Part shown: piece after piece, positions 1-8,747 of the stretch
Numbering within the stretch: position 1 is the stretch's first letter
How the letters are laid out: each line of letters starts with the position of its first letter
NCBI GenBank assembly: GCA_046861395.1
Contig: JBHHUC010000046.1
Span: 1-16,998 of the forward strand
Direction of reading: 5' to 3'
DNA from: Fidelibacterota bacterium
GTDB taxonomy: Bacteria; Fidelibacterota; Marinisomatia; Marinisomatales; JABMOV01
Length of the DNA stretch: 16,998 nt
Notes under the pieces: model-generated
Seen by the model: only the letters and a program-made list of their open reading frames with translations
Databases searched by the model: none
What the model was told of the DNA's origin: nothing
Position numbers and translations under genes: made by a program

Positions 1-52
1 CACAAAGCAGGATCAAGCCAAAACAGATTGCAGTTTTTAGTGTATTATTCAT
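1..52 (-). CDS. 5' end of an unknown, probably secreted protein (partial; runs off the left edge)
   Basis: The minus strand reads AAAAGGAGATAGTC-ATG (strong SD, ATG at 52) then MNNTLKTAICFGLILLC..., which resembles a signal peptide. The frame is open to position 1. Not in the ORF track. Confidence 0.65.
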   Translation of the reverse strand, partial: MNNTLKTAICFGLILLC

Positions 53-54
53 GA

Positions 55-336
55 CTATCTCCTTTTATTATTAGGTGAACCAAAGCGTTTTAATAAAAGC
101 AACGTGTAAAAGGTTGAAGTCCATTTTGGAGAATAAAGTGCATTAGACCAGGTTCCATTTTCTTCCTGGAGATCCATAAATTGTTTTCCCCAACCTTCTC
201 TCAGAATTCTCTGTCTCTCTTTGGAAATATCTTCAACACTGGCTTTTAATAAATCTTTAAGTGTTTGATATCGAATAGAAGGATCACCTTCCAATAACCA
301 TTTTATTTGTTTTTTATATTTATCTTGAAAATCCAT
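55..336 (-). pseudogene. Truncated N-terminal part of a prenyltransferase/squalene-cyclase-like (alpha/alpha toroid) family protein, in cassette 2
   Basis: WLLEGDPSIRYQTLKDLL...GWG...QEENGTW...YSPKWTSTFYTLLLL matches my recollection of the N-terminus of a roughly 300-aa family. Here it stops after 93 aa, and its last codons overlap the SD of the next gene. Confidence 0.6.
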
Positions 337-357
337 GACTCTTATTTAATATCATTG

Positions 358-489
358 TCCAAACGATCAAGCTCACCTGCCGCCAACACTACAAGGCACA
401 AAGCTTTGAAAAACTACGAACCTTGATAGGGAGCAAAACCTTTGAAAAACCAATACGCTTTTGGCGTCCGGTGCGGTGAATTGTTGGGT
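358..489 (-). mobile_element. attC: Integron attC recombination site (132 bp)
   Basis: On the minus strand, 15 bp after the stop at 505: R'' ACCCAAC (489-483), 5-bp spacer AATTC, L'' ACCGCACC (one extra base), stem GGACGCCAA ... TTGGCGGCA, L' GGTGAGC, 6-bp spacer TTGATC, R' GTTTGGA (364-358). The bottom (+) strand is A-rich, as expected for attC. Confidence 0.88.
404..450 (+). repeat. 11-bp direct repeat CTTTGAAAAAC inside the attC variable terminal region
   Basis: Exact copies at 404-414 and 440-450. Confidence 0.8.
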
Positions 490-504
490 ATATCAAAAAT
501 ATTA

Positions 505-1062
505 CTAATGCCGAATTGTCTCTTTTATCGTTTCATAGCTAAAAGGAAATGAGACGCTTGCTCCTGTATCAAATTTCCATTTTTTATTCTCTAATATTCT
601 TATATCTAATTCTCCCCAACCTATAAAACCGCTAAATAATCCTATTTTAGGATAAAACGGTTTATTCTTATACCGCCATATCCCGGCTGTCACCCCTGAA
701 AATGGGAATGCATGCGGAAATAATCCAATTTTTCCATATTGACCTTCTAAATACCAATAGTTTCTACGACCATCATTGTTTTCAGGGACAGTTAACGCAT
801 TAATTCCAATTGTAATATTATAAAATTGAATATCACTAAAATCAATTCCATACTCACTTTCCTCATTTCCATTAAGTATACCAATGCGCGAGGTTCCAAC
901 GCTCAATTTTGCCTCCAATGTGAAACCCGATCCCCATTCATAGCCAAATCTCAATCCGGGACTTAAATAAATTGGAAAATCGTAAGATTGAGCTATTGAG
1001 AATAGTAGTAATTGGATAAATATTACTTTACGATATATTACGTTCCTTTCTTGTACACCCAA
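505..1062 (-). CDS. Cassette-borne hypothetical secreted or outer-membrane beta-rich protein
   Basis: 185-codon AT-rich ORF. Signal-peptide-like stretch YRKVIFIQLLLFSIAQS, followed by Gly/aromatic-rich alternating strands (SPGLRFGYEWG, FYNITIGIN, WYLEGQYG, FDTGASVSF). Start codon uncertain (TTG at 1062 or ATA at 1038). Confidence 0.72.
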   Translation of the reverse strand: MGVQERNVIYRKVIFIQLLLFSIAQSYDFPIYLSPGLRFGYEWGSGFTLEAKLSVGTSRIGILNGNEESEYGIDFSDIQFYNITIGINALTVPENNDGRRNYWYLEGQYGKIGLFPHAFPFSGVTAGIWRYKNKPFYPKIGLFSGFIGWGELDIRILENKKWKFDTGASVSFPFSYETIKETIRH

Positions 1063-1075
1063 CTAACAATTATCC
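1057..1075 (-). other. attI-like (or secondary) integron recombination site at the head of the array
   Basis: Minus strand GGATAAT-TGTTA-GTTGGGT: a GTTRRRY R box preceded by a 5-bp spacer and a degenerate L box. There is no upstream inverted-repeat arm, so it is not an attC. Confidence 0.55.
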
Positions 1076-1112
1076 CGAATTATTTTATGACAATGAATCA
1101 TGATAATTAGAA

Positions 1113-1140
1113 ATTTTACCGAGATGACAGGCTTCATCAA
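1113..1140 (-). promoter_or_regulatory. Candidate sigma70-type promoter (Pc-like) facing the cassette array
   Basis: Minus strand TTGATG (1140-1135), 16-bp spacer, TAAAAT (1118-1113), about 50 bp upstream of the crossover. The AT-rich context makes a chance match possible. Confidence 0.35.
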
Positions 1141-1442
1141 CGAACATGAACTATTCATTATTATGGTTTTCCCAGGCCAAATATCATTCCCCATTGAAAT
1201 TCCGAATATCAATCCGGCTAATCTTTATGAGCGTCTTCAACCTTCCGGCATCATACAAAGAATCGTCATTCTGGTTCGGGGGAATGTAAAGCATTTGAAA
1301 ATAATAAACAAGAATTGGCGGGGGATTCCGGCGTGACAACAACCGGTTGGACTTTCATCCTGTCCATCGGCCGGATACCGGGTGCGGAGACGGATAAAAA
1401 CTAGTTTTTTCCCGGTCGGAAACCGTACTAAGTTTATTCTCT

Positions 1443-2183
1443 ATGCAATTGCCTGTCTATTTTGTTTCCGATGTACATTTGATGCTGAATGATTCTCCCA
1501 AAGCACAGCAGCGTCAGCAACGGTTTTTCTCCTTCCTGGATATAGTGAAGCAATCCGGCGGGACGTTGTTCATCGTCGGCGATCTCTTTGATTTCTATTT
1601 CGAATATCCCCATACGATTCCGAAAATGTATTTCGACCTCTATCTGGCCATCGAATCGTTGCGCAAGAAGGATATCGAAGTTCATTATGTCCTGGGCAAT
1701 CACGATTACTGGGTGCAATCCTTCATCCGGGACCGTCTCATGACGAAAGTCTATCCCCAGGCGGCGGATATCGTTATCCGGGGGAAGTCGTTCCACATTA
1801 CGCACGGTGACGGAATTCTGTCCTGGGACCGGGGTTACCGGATATTGAAAGCGGTAATTCGCAATCCCTTTTTCATCTGGTGCTATCGCTGGCTCCATCC
1901 CACCCTGGGTTACGGCTTTGCCCACTGGGTATCGCGCACCGGTTACCATAATGGACACAGCGCCGAATACAACCGGCGGGTTCAGGATGAATTGTCCGCC
2001 TATGCCAGCCAGCAGATCGCACGGGGCAGTCAATTCGTGATCTGCGGTCATTATCACCAAAGCGTCGATCATGAACTTTCAGGCGGAAAACTCATTGTCA
2101 TGGGGGATTGGATTTCCGCCCCGAGTTATGCCTATTTTGACGGGAATGATTTAACCCTGATACCGGTGGATAACCATGAATAA
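1443..2183 (+). CDS. lpxH: UDP-2,3-diacylglucosamine diphosphatase (calcineurin-like metallophosphoesterase)
   Basis: Motifs SDVHL, GDLFD, GNHD, HGD and CGHYH; 246 aa; LPS gene neighbourhood. Confidence 0.88.
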   Translation: MQLPVYFVSDVHLMLNDSPKAQQRQQRFFSFLDIVKQSGGTLFIVGDLFDFYFEYPHTIPKMYFDLYLAIESLRKKDIEVHYVLGNHDYWVQSFIRDRLMTKVYPQAADIVIRGKSFHITHGDGILSWDRGYRILKAVIRNPFFIWCYRWLHPTLGYGFAHWVSRTGYHNGHSAEYNRRVQDELSAYASQQIARGSQFVICGHYHQSVDHELSGGKLIVMGDWISAPSYAYFDGNDLTLIPVDNHE

Positions 2184-3303
2184 ACGGCTTATTCTTCTTG
2201 TCCTGCTTGCCCTGTTACTGACCGGGTGTTCCAAGCTGCGGCAGTTGAACATATTCGGGAAAAACAAATCCGGTTACGGCCAGGTCCAGCCCAGTGATAT
2301 TGAGAAATTGAGAATGGCCTACCGGGACGGTCGGATTCAGGCCCTGGAAGAATTGATTGCCATTTACGAGGATTCGGAACAGCCCATGGATATTCGGCTG
2401 GCGGCCGGGACGGCACTGGCGGAAACCCATCATCCCACGGCTCTCAATGCCCTGGCCAACGTGGTCGCCGAAGCTGACGCTCTCGACCTGACCTTCATGA
2501 TCGCCTCCATCGAATTGCTGGCCAAATTCCGGGATAATCCCCGGGCCCCGGAAGCCATGGTTCAATCCATGCACAAAATTGAAGAAAAAGCCAATGAATT
2601 GCACCTGGTGCTGGTCAAGAATCTGAATAAGGTCCGGACCAAGGACCAGATTTTAACCCTCCTGGATCTATATGAAGTGTCCAAGGCCAACCTGGCCCGG
2701 ACAGAAAAACTTCTGGCCGAGACCCTGGGCGCCATCGGGGATGATGATGCCATTCCCGTCCTCATGAAAATCGCCCAGGACCCGGATATCAATATCGGCG
2801 TACGCAATCGTGCCGTGGAAATCCTGGGGAAAAAGGAAGCCACGGAAGTGGTCACTGCCTTTACCGAAATGCTGGGTAATCCGGAAACCAATGAAGAAGT
2901 CCGCGATTTCGCCCTGAACACCATGGCCGGCGTCAAAGAAGAAAACTTGATTCTCACATTGCTGGACACTTACAATACCGGAAAAAAGGAGTATTTTTCA
3001 CTCCTGTCCACATTGATGGATGCCCTGAGCGATTTTGACGACCCGGCGGTGATCAAAACCATCATCGAAATCGCCAAAAGTGATGATTATCCCCTGGCGA
3101 TCCGTAAAAAGGCCATCCGTAAACTGGGGGATTTCGGGGATGCCAGCACGATTCCTCCCGTTCTCACTGTCCTGGACCGGGCTGAGAATTATGACCTTTA
3201 TCCTGACATTATGAACCTGATCATTACGACCGGCACTGCCGATGATTACCTGGAAGACATCCGGCGCCGCTCCTTTCATGCCCATCGGGTGGCTTCGCCA
3301 TGA
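2176..3303 (+). CDS. HEAT-repeat (PBS-lyase-like) lipoprotein
   Basis: Signal peptide MNKRLILLVLLALLLTG-C with lipobox LTGC. Repeated HEAT units: IRLAAGTALAE, LAETLGAIGDDDAIPVL, VRNRAVEILG, VRDFALNTMA, IRKKAIRKLGDFGD. Overlaps the lpxH stop by 8 nt. Confidence 0.85.
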   Translation: MNKRLILLVLLALLLTGCSKLRQLNIFGKNKSGYGQVQPSDIEKLRMAYRDGRIQALEELIAIYEDSEQPMDIRLAAGTALAETHHPTALNALANVVAEADALDLTFMIASIELLAKFRDNPRAPEAMVQSMHKIEEKANELHLVLVKNLNKVRTKDQILTLLDLYEVSKANLARTEKLLAETLGAIGDDDAIPVLMKIAQDPDINIGVRNRAVEILGKKEATEVVTAFTEMLGNPETNEEVRDFALNTMAGVKEENLILTLLDTYNTGKKEYFSLLSTLMDALSDFDDPAVIKTIIEIAKSDDYPLAIRKKAIRKLGDFGDASTIPPVLTVLDRAENYDLYPDIMNLIITTGTADDYLEDIRRRSFHAHRVASP

Positions 3304-4034
3304 TGATGGTCCTCATCCTGCTCTTATTCACCTTGCTAGCGGCCCAGGAGGCTCCTACCGACAGTCTCCCCCCGCTAAAACCCGATGCGGATACCACCGC
3401 CACCTTACCGGCCGGGGGACCATTTTTCGAATATCGCTATGAACTGGATGAATTACGCGATGAAATCGATTCCCTGAAGCAGGTCCTGAAAGTATACGAA
3501 AAACGGAAATCCATTCCCCAGATTGATCCGGCCCTGCTTGAATTCATCCGGACCCCGGAACTGAAACATCGCATCACGCTGCAGAACGGAACGGTCATTA
3601 TCGGTGAAATTCTGCTCGATGAAGGAGAACGTCTGATTGTCCGGACACCGTTGGGCGAACTAGTCATCGACCGGAAGCATGTGGCCAAAATCGAAGACAA
3701 TGAAGCACTGTCACCGAAAATCGAATGGATCCGGGAACCAACCGTCAAAGCTTATCCGAATAAAGAAATCATTCGCGGCGTGGTGCGGAATACGGGACAG
3801 ATACGGGCCGACTTCGTGCGCGTCATCGCCCATCTATGGACCCAGACCACGGAGGAAGTGGCCCGGGATTCGGCTTTTGTCGCCGGCAAACAGGTAACCT
3901 ATAAATCAGGCGTTATTTCCGACACGGCCATTGAGCCGGGCCAGACGGTGAATGTCGTCATCACGGTAGCGGTTCCCGATGATGAACGCGTGGCCTACCG
4001 CACCTATGATTTCCGCTGGATCGAAGCGCGGTAA
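3300..4034 (+). CDS. Hypothetical secreted protein: coiled coil, small beta domain and Ig-like (FxLYD-like) C-terminal domain
   Basis: Hydrophobic signal ending LLAA-QE. Heptad segment LDELRDEIDSLKQVL. Beta motif ITLQNGTVIIGEIL...IVRTPLGELVIDR. C-terminal IRGVVRNTG...IEPGQT. ATGA overlap with the upstream gene. Confidence 0.8.
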   Translation: MMMVLILLLFTLLAAQEAPTDSLPPLKPDADTTATLPAGGPFFEYRYELDELRDEIDSLKQVLKVYEKRKSIPQIDPALLEFIRTPELKHRITLQNGTVIIGEILLDEGERLIVRTPLGELVIDRKHVAKIEDNEALSPKIEWIREPTVKAYPNKEIIRGVVRNTGQIRADFVRVIAHLWTQTTEEVARDSAFVAGKQVTYKSGVISDTAIEPGQTVNVVITVAVPDDERVAYRTYDFRWIEAR

Positions 4035-4049
4035 CGCGTCAGTCCGGAC

Positions 4050-4973
<924 letters not shown>

Positions 4974-5004
4974 CTAAAAATTGATGTTCCGGAAGGCCCG
5001 GTGA

Positions 5005-6348
5005 TCAGAGAATGTAACGGCTGAGATCCTGGTCTTCGGCAATATCCTCCAGTTTGGCTTCCACAATATCTTTCGTAATGATGATCGTCTGTCCTTTCTG
5101 GTTGGACAAATCAAACATATATTCGTCCAGCAGGGTCGTCATGATGGTATGCAGGCGCCGGGCGCCGATATTTTCCGTGCGATTATTGACTTCCGTGGCA
5201 AAACGGGCAATGGAACGAATGGCGGCCTTATCGAATTCCAGGTCCACGCCTTCTGCTTTCAATAATGCCCTGTACTGCTTGATTAGGGCTGATTTGGGAT
5301 GGGTTAATATTTTTACAAAATCATTGGTCGACAATTTATCCATCTCCACCCGGATGGGGAAACGACCCTGCAGTTCGGGTATCATATCAGAGGGCGTGGA
5401 CACATGAAAGGCTCCGGCCGATATGAAGAGGATGTGATCAGTTTTGACCATGCCGTATTTGGTAGGAACCGTGCTCCCTTCGATAATGGGCAGGAGATCA
5501 CGCTGGACGCCTTCCCGGCTCACGTCGGGTCCGGACCCGGCGCCGTTGCCCACGATTTTATCAATTTCATCCAGAAAGACAATACCGTTATTCTCCACCG
5601 CTTCCTGGGCTTGGCGTACCACTTCATCCTGATCAATCAAATGGTAGGCTTCCTGTTCAATGAGCACTTCCCGCGCTTCCGAAACGGGCATTTTCCGTTT
5701 TTTCTTCGATCCGGGCATGACATTGGATAACATATCCTTGATATTCATCCCGATATCTTCCAGTCCCATGGGACCGAAAATCTGCATGGCCGGCATATGG
5801 TCATCCGTGACTTCCACTTCAACGAAATGGTCCTCCAGTTCACCGCTTTCCAGCTTTTTCCGCATTCGATCCCGGTTGCGTTTGTGACGTTCTTCCACTT
5901 CCGCTGGTTGTTTGGATCCAGCCGGCAGAGTCGTGGCGGGAAAAACCAGGTCCAGCAGACGCATTTCCGCCAATTCCTCCGCCCGGTCCAGGACGTCGGC
6001 TTCCATCCGGCTCCGGACCTGGGAAACCGCAATGTCCATCAAATCCCTAATGATGGATTCCACATCGCGGCCCACGTAACCCACTTCGGTAAATTTACTG
6101 GCTTCGATCTTAATGAATGGTGCATTGGCCAGATTGGCCAGACGGCGCGATATTTCCGTTTTGCCGACACCGGTGGGGCCGATCAGGACGATATTGTTGG
6201 GGACAATTTCATTCCGGATGGATTCGGGCACCTGCTGCCGACGCCAGCGATTCCGCAGCGCAATGGCCACCGCCCGCTTGGCTTTGGCCTGACCAACAAT
6301 GTATTTATCCAGTTCCCGGACAATCTGACGGGGCGTCATGTTTTTCAT
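5005..6348 (-). CDS. hslU: ATP-dependent protease ATPase subunit HslU
   Basis: MTPRQIVRELDKYIVGQ, Walker A GPTGVGKT, GYVG pore loop, DEIDK, C-terminal DLSRYIL. Start moved to the ATG at 6348 (TAATG coupling with hslV, GGAGG upstream). Confidence 0.97.
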   Translation of the reverse strand: MKNMTPRQIVRELDKYIVGQAKAKRAVAIALRNRWRRQQVPESIRNEIVPNNIVLIGPTGVGKTEISRRLANLANAPFIKIEASKFTEVGYVGRDVESIIRDLMDIAVSQVRSRMEADVLDRAEELAEMRLLDLVFPATTLPAGSKQPAEVEERHKRNRDRMRKKLESGELEDHFVEVEVTDDHMPAMQIFGPMGLEDIGMNIKDMLSNVMPGSKKKRKMPVSEAREVLIEQEAYHLIDQDEVVRQAQEAVENNGIVFLDEIDKIVGNGAGSGPDVSREGVQRDLLPIIEGSTVPTKYGMVKTDHILFISAGAFHVSTPSDMIPELQGRFPIRVEMDKLSTNDFVKILTHPKSALIKQYRALLKAEGVDLEFDKAAIRSIARFATEVNNRTENIGARRLHTIMTTLLDEYMFDLSNQKGQTIIITKDIVEAKLEDIAEDQDLSRYIL

Positions 6349-6893
6349 TAATCCTCCAGGACCGTAATACTGTCGTTGGTGTAAATACACAACTGGGAAG
6401 CAATCTTCAATGATTTCCTTACCACATCGGCGGCGGACAGGGATTTATTTTCCAGAAAGGCGGAAGCCGCCGCCTGGGCATAACCGCCACCGGAACCGAT
6501 GGCTATCACCGGTCCATCCGGTTCGATGACATTGCCGTCCCCGGAAACAATATAGCTTCCCTGTCGGTTCATTAGGGCCAGCAATGCTTCCAAATGTCGG
6601 AGATACTTATCGGTTCGCCATTCCTTGGCCAACTCTACGACGGCCCGTTTCAAATCACCGTTATACTCATCCAGTTTTTGTTCAAATTTCTCAAACAAAT
6701 TCAAGGCATCGGCGGCAGCGCCGGCAAAACCGCCCAACACTTTGCCCTGGTCGGTATCGAAATCCCGGACTTTTACCGCTTTCTGTTTCATGGCCATATC
6801 GCCGAACGTAACCTGGCCGTCGCCCCCCAGGGCGATCTGTCGGCCACGGCGTACGCCTAAAATAGTGGTTGAACGGATTTTAACTCCTTTCAT
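6348..6893 (-). CDS. hslV: ATP-dependent protease peptidase subunit HslV
   Basis: Short leader then S-TTILGVR (catalytic Thr), GDGQVT, GFAG, LAKEWRTDKYLRHLEA, GSGG and CIYTN. Confidence 0.97.
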   Translation of the reverse strand: MKGVKIRSTTILGVRRGRQIALGGDGQVTFGDMAMKQKAVKVRDFDTDQGKVLGGFAGAAADALNLFEKFEQKLDEYNGDLKRAVVELAKEWRTDKYLRHLEALLALMNRQGSYIVSGDGNVIEPDGPVIAIGSGGGYAQAAASAFLENKSLSAADVVRKSLKIASQLCIYTNDSITVLED

Positions 6894-6911
6894 GACTGCA
6901 TCTGACTCCTT

Positions 6912-7760
6912 CTATTGACTGTTGAGTTGTTGGAACAGTTGCATGTCCCGAGGCAGGACCAGAGTCGTTTTCTCATCGATGATGGATTTATACACTTCCA
7001 GACTGCGTGTGAATTCATAGAAATCGGGATCGCTGGAATAGGCTTTGGCATAGATATCAGCGGCGATGGCTTCCCCTTCACCACGGATTTCTTCGGCCTG
7101 CCGGTAGGCGTCGGCCAGAAGGATGGTTTTATCCTTATCTGTTTCGGCCATGATTTTCTTGGATTCTTCCGACCCCTCGGAGCGGAATCGATTGGCCTGA
7201 CGTTTCCGTTCGGCTTCCATGCGGGCGTAAATCGATTTTTCATTTTCCTGGGGCAGATCTACGCGGCGGATACGGACATCGACAATTTCAATCCCGTAAT
7301 CCTGGGTGGCAATATTGGATGCTTCCGTGACCTTTTCCATGATTAGTTCGCGGTTTTCCGTAATGATTTCCACCATATTATGCGTTCCCAGCTCCTGTCG
7401 CAGTTTGGAATAGATAATATCATCCAACCGGGTCACGGCATTGGGAATAGCCTGGACGGTCTGGATGAAGAGCAGTGGATTGACAATACGCCAGCGAACA
7501 TAATTATCAACAATCAGCGTTTTTTTATCATTGCTGAGTATCTCTTCCGGTGGTACATCGTATTCCAGCAACCGGTTATCAATAACGGTTGCGGTCTGGA
7601 AGGGAGCCGGTAATTTCATATGCAGGCCTGGATCTTTGATCGTCCGGACCGGTTTTCCGAATTGCAGGATAACGACCTGTTCCGTGATATCGACGACAAA
7701 GACGGTTGACCAGACAACCAGGGCCGCCAGAATGGCGATGATGATAATGATTTGTTTCAT
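6912..7760 (-). CDS. hflC: FtsH protease modulator HflC (SPFH domain)
   Basis: N-terminal transmembrane segment, QFGKP..PGLH, DKKTLIVDNYVRWRI, RMEAER, DPDFYEFTRSLE. Confidence 0.95.
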   Translation of the reverse strand: MKQIIIIIAILAALVVWSTVFVVDITEQVVILQFGKPVRTIKDPGLHMKLPAPFQTATVIDNRLLEYDVPPEEILSNDKKTLIVDNYVRWRIVNPLLFIQTVQAIPNAVTRLDDIIYSKLRQELGTHNMVEIITENRELIMEKVTEASNIATQDYGIEIVDVRIRRVDLPQENEKSIYARMEAERKRQANRFRSEGSEESKKIMAETDKDKTILLADAYRQAEEIRGEGEAIAADIYAKAYSSDPDFYEFTRSLEVYKSIIDEKTTLVLPRDMQLFQQLNSQ

Positions 7761-8734
7761 TGGACACCTCCTTGCCCGGCAGGATTAAGATTCAGCAAAT
7801 TCAAGAGATTGCCATTCTTATCATCGGGAATGATTACTTTATTGATTCCGGGTAAAATATCTTCCATGGCTTCCAGGTAGAGTCGCTTCCGGGTAATATC
7901 CTTGGCTTGTTTATATTCCGCCAGGATGGCCTTGAACTTGGCCACATCACCCTGGGCGCGTTTGATTCGGGATTCGCGGTACCCTTCCGCTTCCCGGACC
8001 CGGGCCTGAGCCTCACCCCGGGCCTTGGGAATGATATCGTTGCGATACCCTTCCGCCTGATTGATCATTCGGTTTTTATCTTCCTTGGCCGAGGCAACAT
8101 CCTTGAACGCAGCCACCACTGGTTTGGGCGGTGCTACGGCCTGTAATTGGGCTGCGACGATGAGGATTCCCGAATTATATTTTTCCAAGATGCTCTGGAG
8201 TAAATCCTTGGTTTCTTCCTGAATTACCAACTTTCCATCCGTCAGCGCTTCATCTATGGAATGACGGCCGATGACGGTCCTCAGGGATGCTTCGGCGGCT
8301 TCCCGTACGGTCAACTCCGGTTTTACGAATTTATACAGGTAATTCACCGGCTCCTTGATCTTGTATTGTATGATCAATTCCGCATCCACAATATTTTCAT
8401 CACCGGTAAGCATCAGGCTTTCCTGCTCAACCTTTTTATACTGGTTATTACGGACCGATCGGAATCCGATTTCAATCCGTTTGACTTCCATGACCTTCGG
8501 TATGGCCACCGATTCAATGGGGTAGGGCACATGAAACCGTAACCCGGATGGTGCAATTCGGCTTACATCACCGAAGGTTTTCACCACGCCAACCTCATCC
8601 GGTCCCACGGTATAAAATCCGGTAGCCAGCCAGAGACCCAATACAATCAATATTATGGGGAGAACCCCTAATGTGAAGAGACGATTGGGAATTTTAATTT
8701 CCGTGTCTCCTATAACAACTTTTCGATATGACAT
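7757..8734 (-). CDS. hflK: FtsH protease modulator HflK (SPFH domain)
   Basis: GFYTVGPDEVGVV, PYPIE, MLTGDENIV, IPKARGEA, TRKRLYLEAME. Start moved to the ATG at 8734 (SD AAAGGAA), which removes the overlap with rpoN. Confidence 0.95.
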   Translation of the reverse strand: MSYRKVVIGDTEIKIPNRLFTLGVLPIILIVLGLWLATGFYTVGPDEVGVVKTFGDVSRIAPSGLRFHVPYPIESVAIPKVMEVKRIEIGFRSVRNNQYKKVEQESLMLTGDENIVDAELIIQYKIKEPVNYLYKFVKPELTVREAAEASLRTVIGRHSIDEALTDGKLVIQEETKDLLQSILEKYNSGILIVAAQLQAVAPPKPVVAAFKDVASAKEDKNRMINQAEGYRNDIIPKARGEAQARVREAEGYRESRIKRAQGDVAKFKAILAEYKQAKDITRKRLYLEAMEDILPGINKVIIPDDKNGNLLNLLNLNPAGQGGVQ

Positions 8735-8747
8735 AATCGATTCCTTT

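Larger units (their letters stand above)
364..1062 (-). mobile_element. Complete integron gene cassette (699 bp between the G|TT crossover points)
   Basis: Begins at G|TTGGGT (1063-1057), which is the exact complement of its own R'' ACCCAAC (489-483). Contains one ORF and ends at the G|TT of the attC R' box (364/363). Confidence 0.82.

Noticed and set aside
1..80. Frameshift continuation of the truncated 55-336 gene
   Set aside because: One alternative frame stops quickly. The other is the signal-peptide ORF with its own SD and does not resemble the expected continuation. Only 54 nt are visible, so this is tentative.
404..450. Direct repeat as a possible mini-CRISPR
   Set aside because: Only two 11-bp copies, inside an attC loop, with no cas genes in the window.
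1100..1336. 78-aa plus-strand ORF in the position where intI would be expected
   Set aside because: Too short, no tyrosine recombinase motifs, no clear SD and no recognisable family. Treated as a probable chance ORF in AT-rich DNA.
4035..4049. Terminator between the convergent genes
   Set aside because: Only an 8-bp palindrome (GTCCGGAC) with no loop or U-tract.
6349..6390. N-terminal extension on hslU
   Set aside because: Lies inside hslV. The ATG at 6348 is coupled to the hslV stop and matches the family start.
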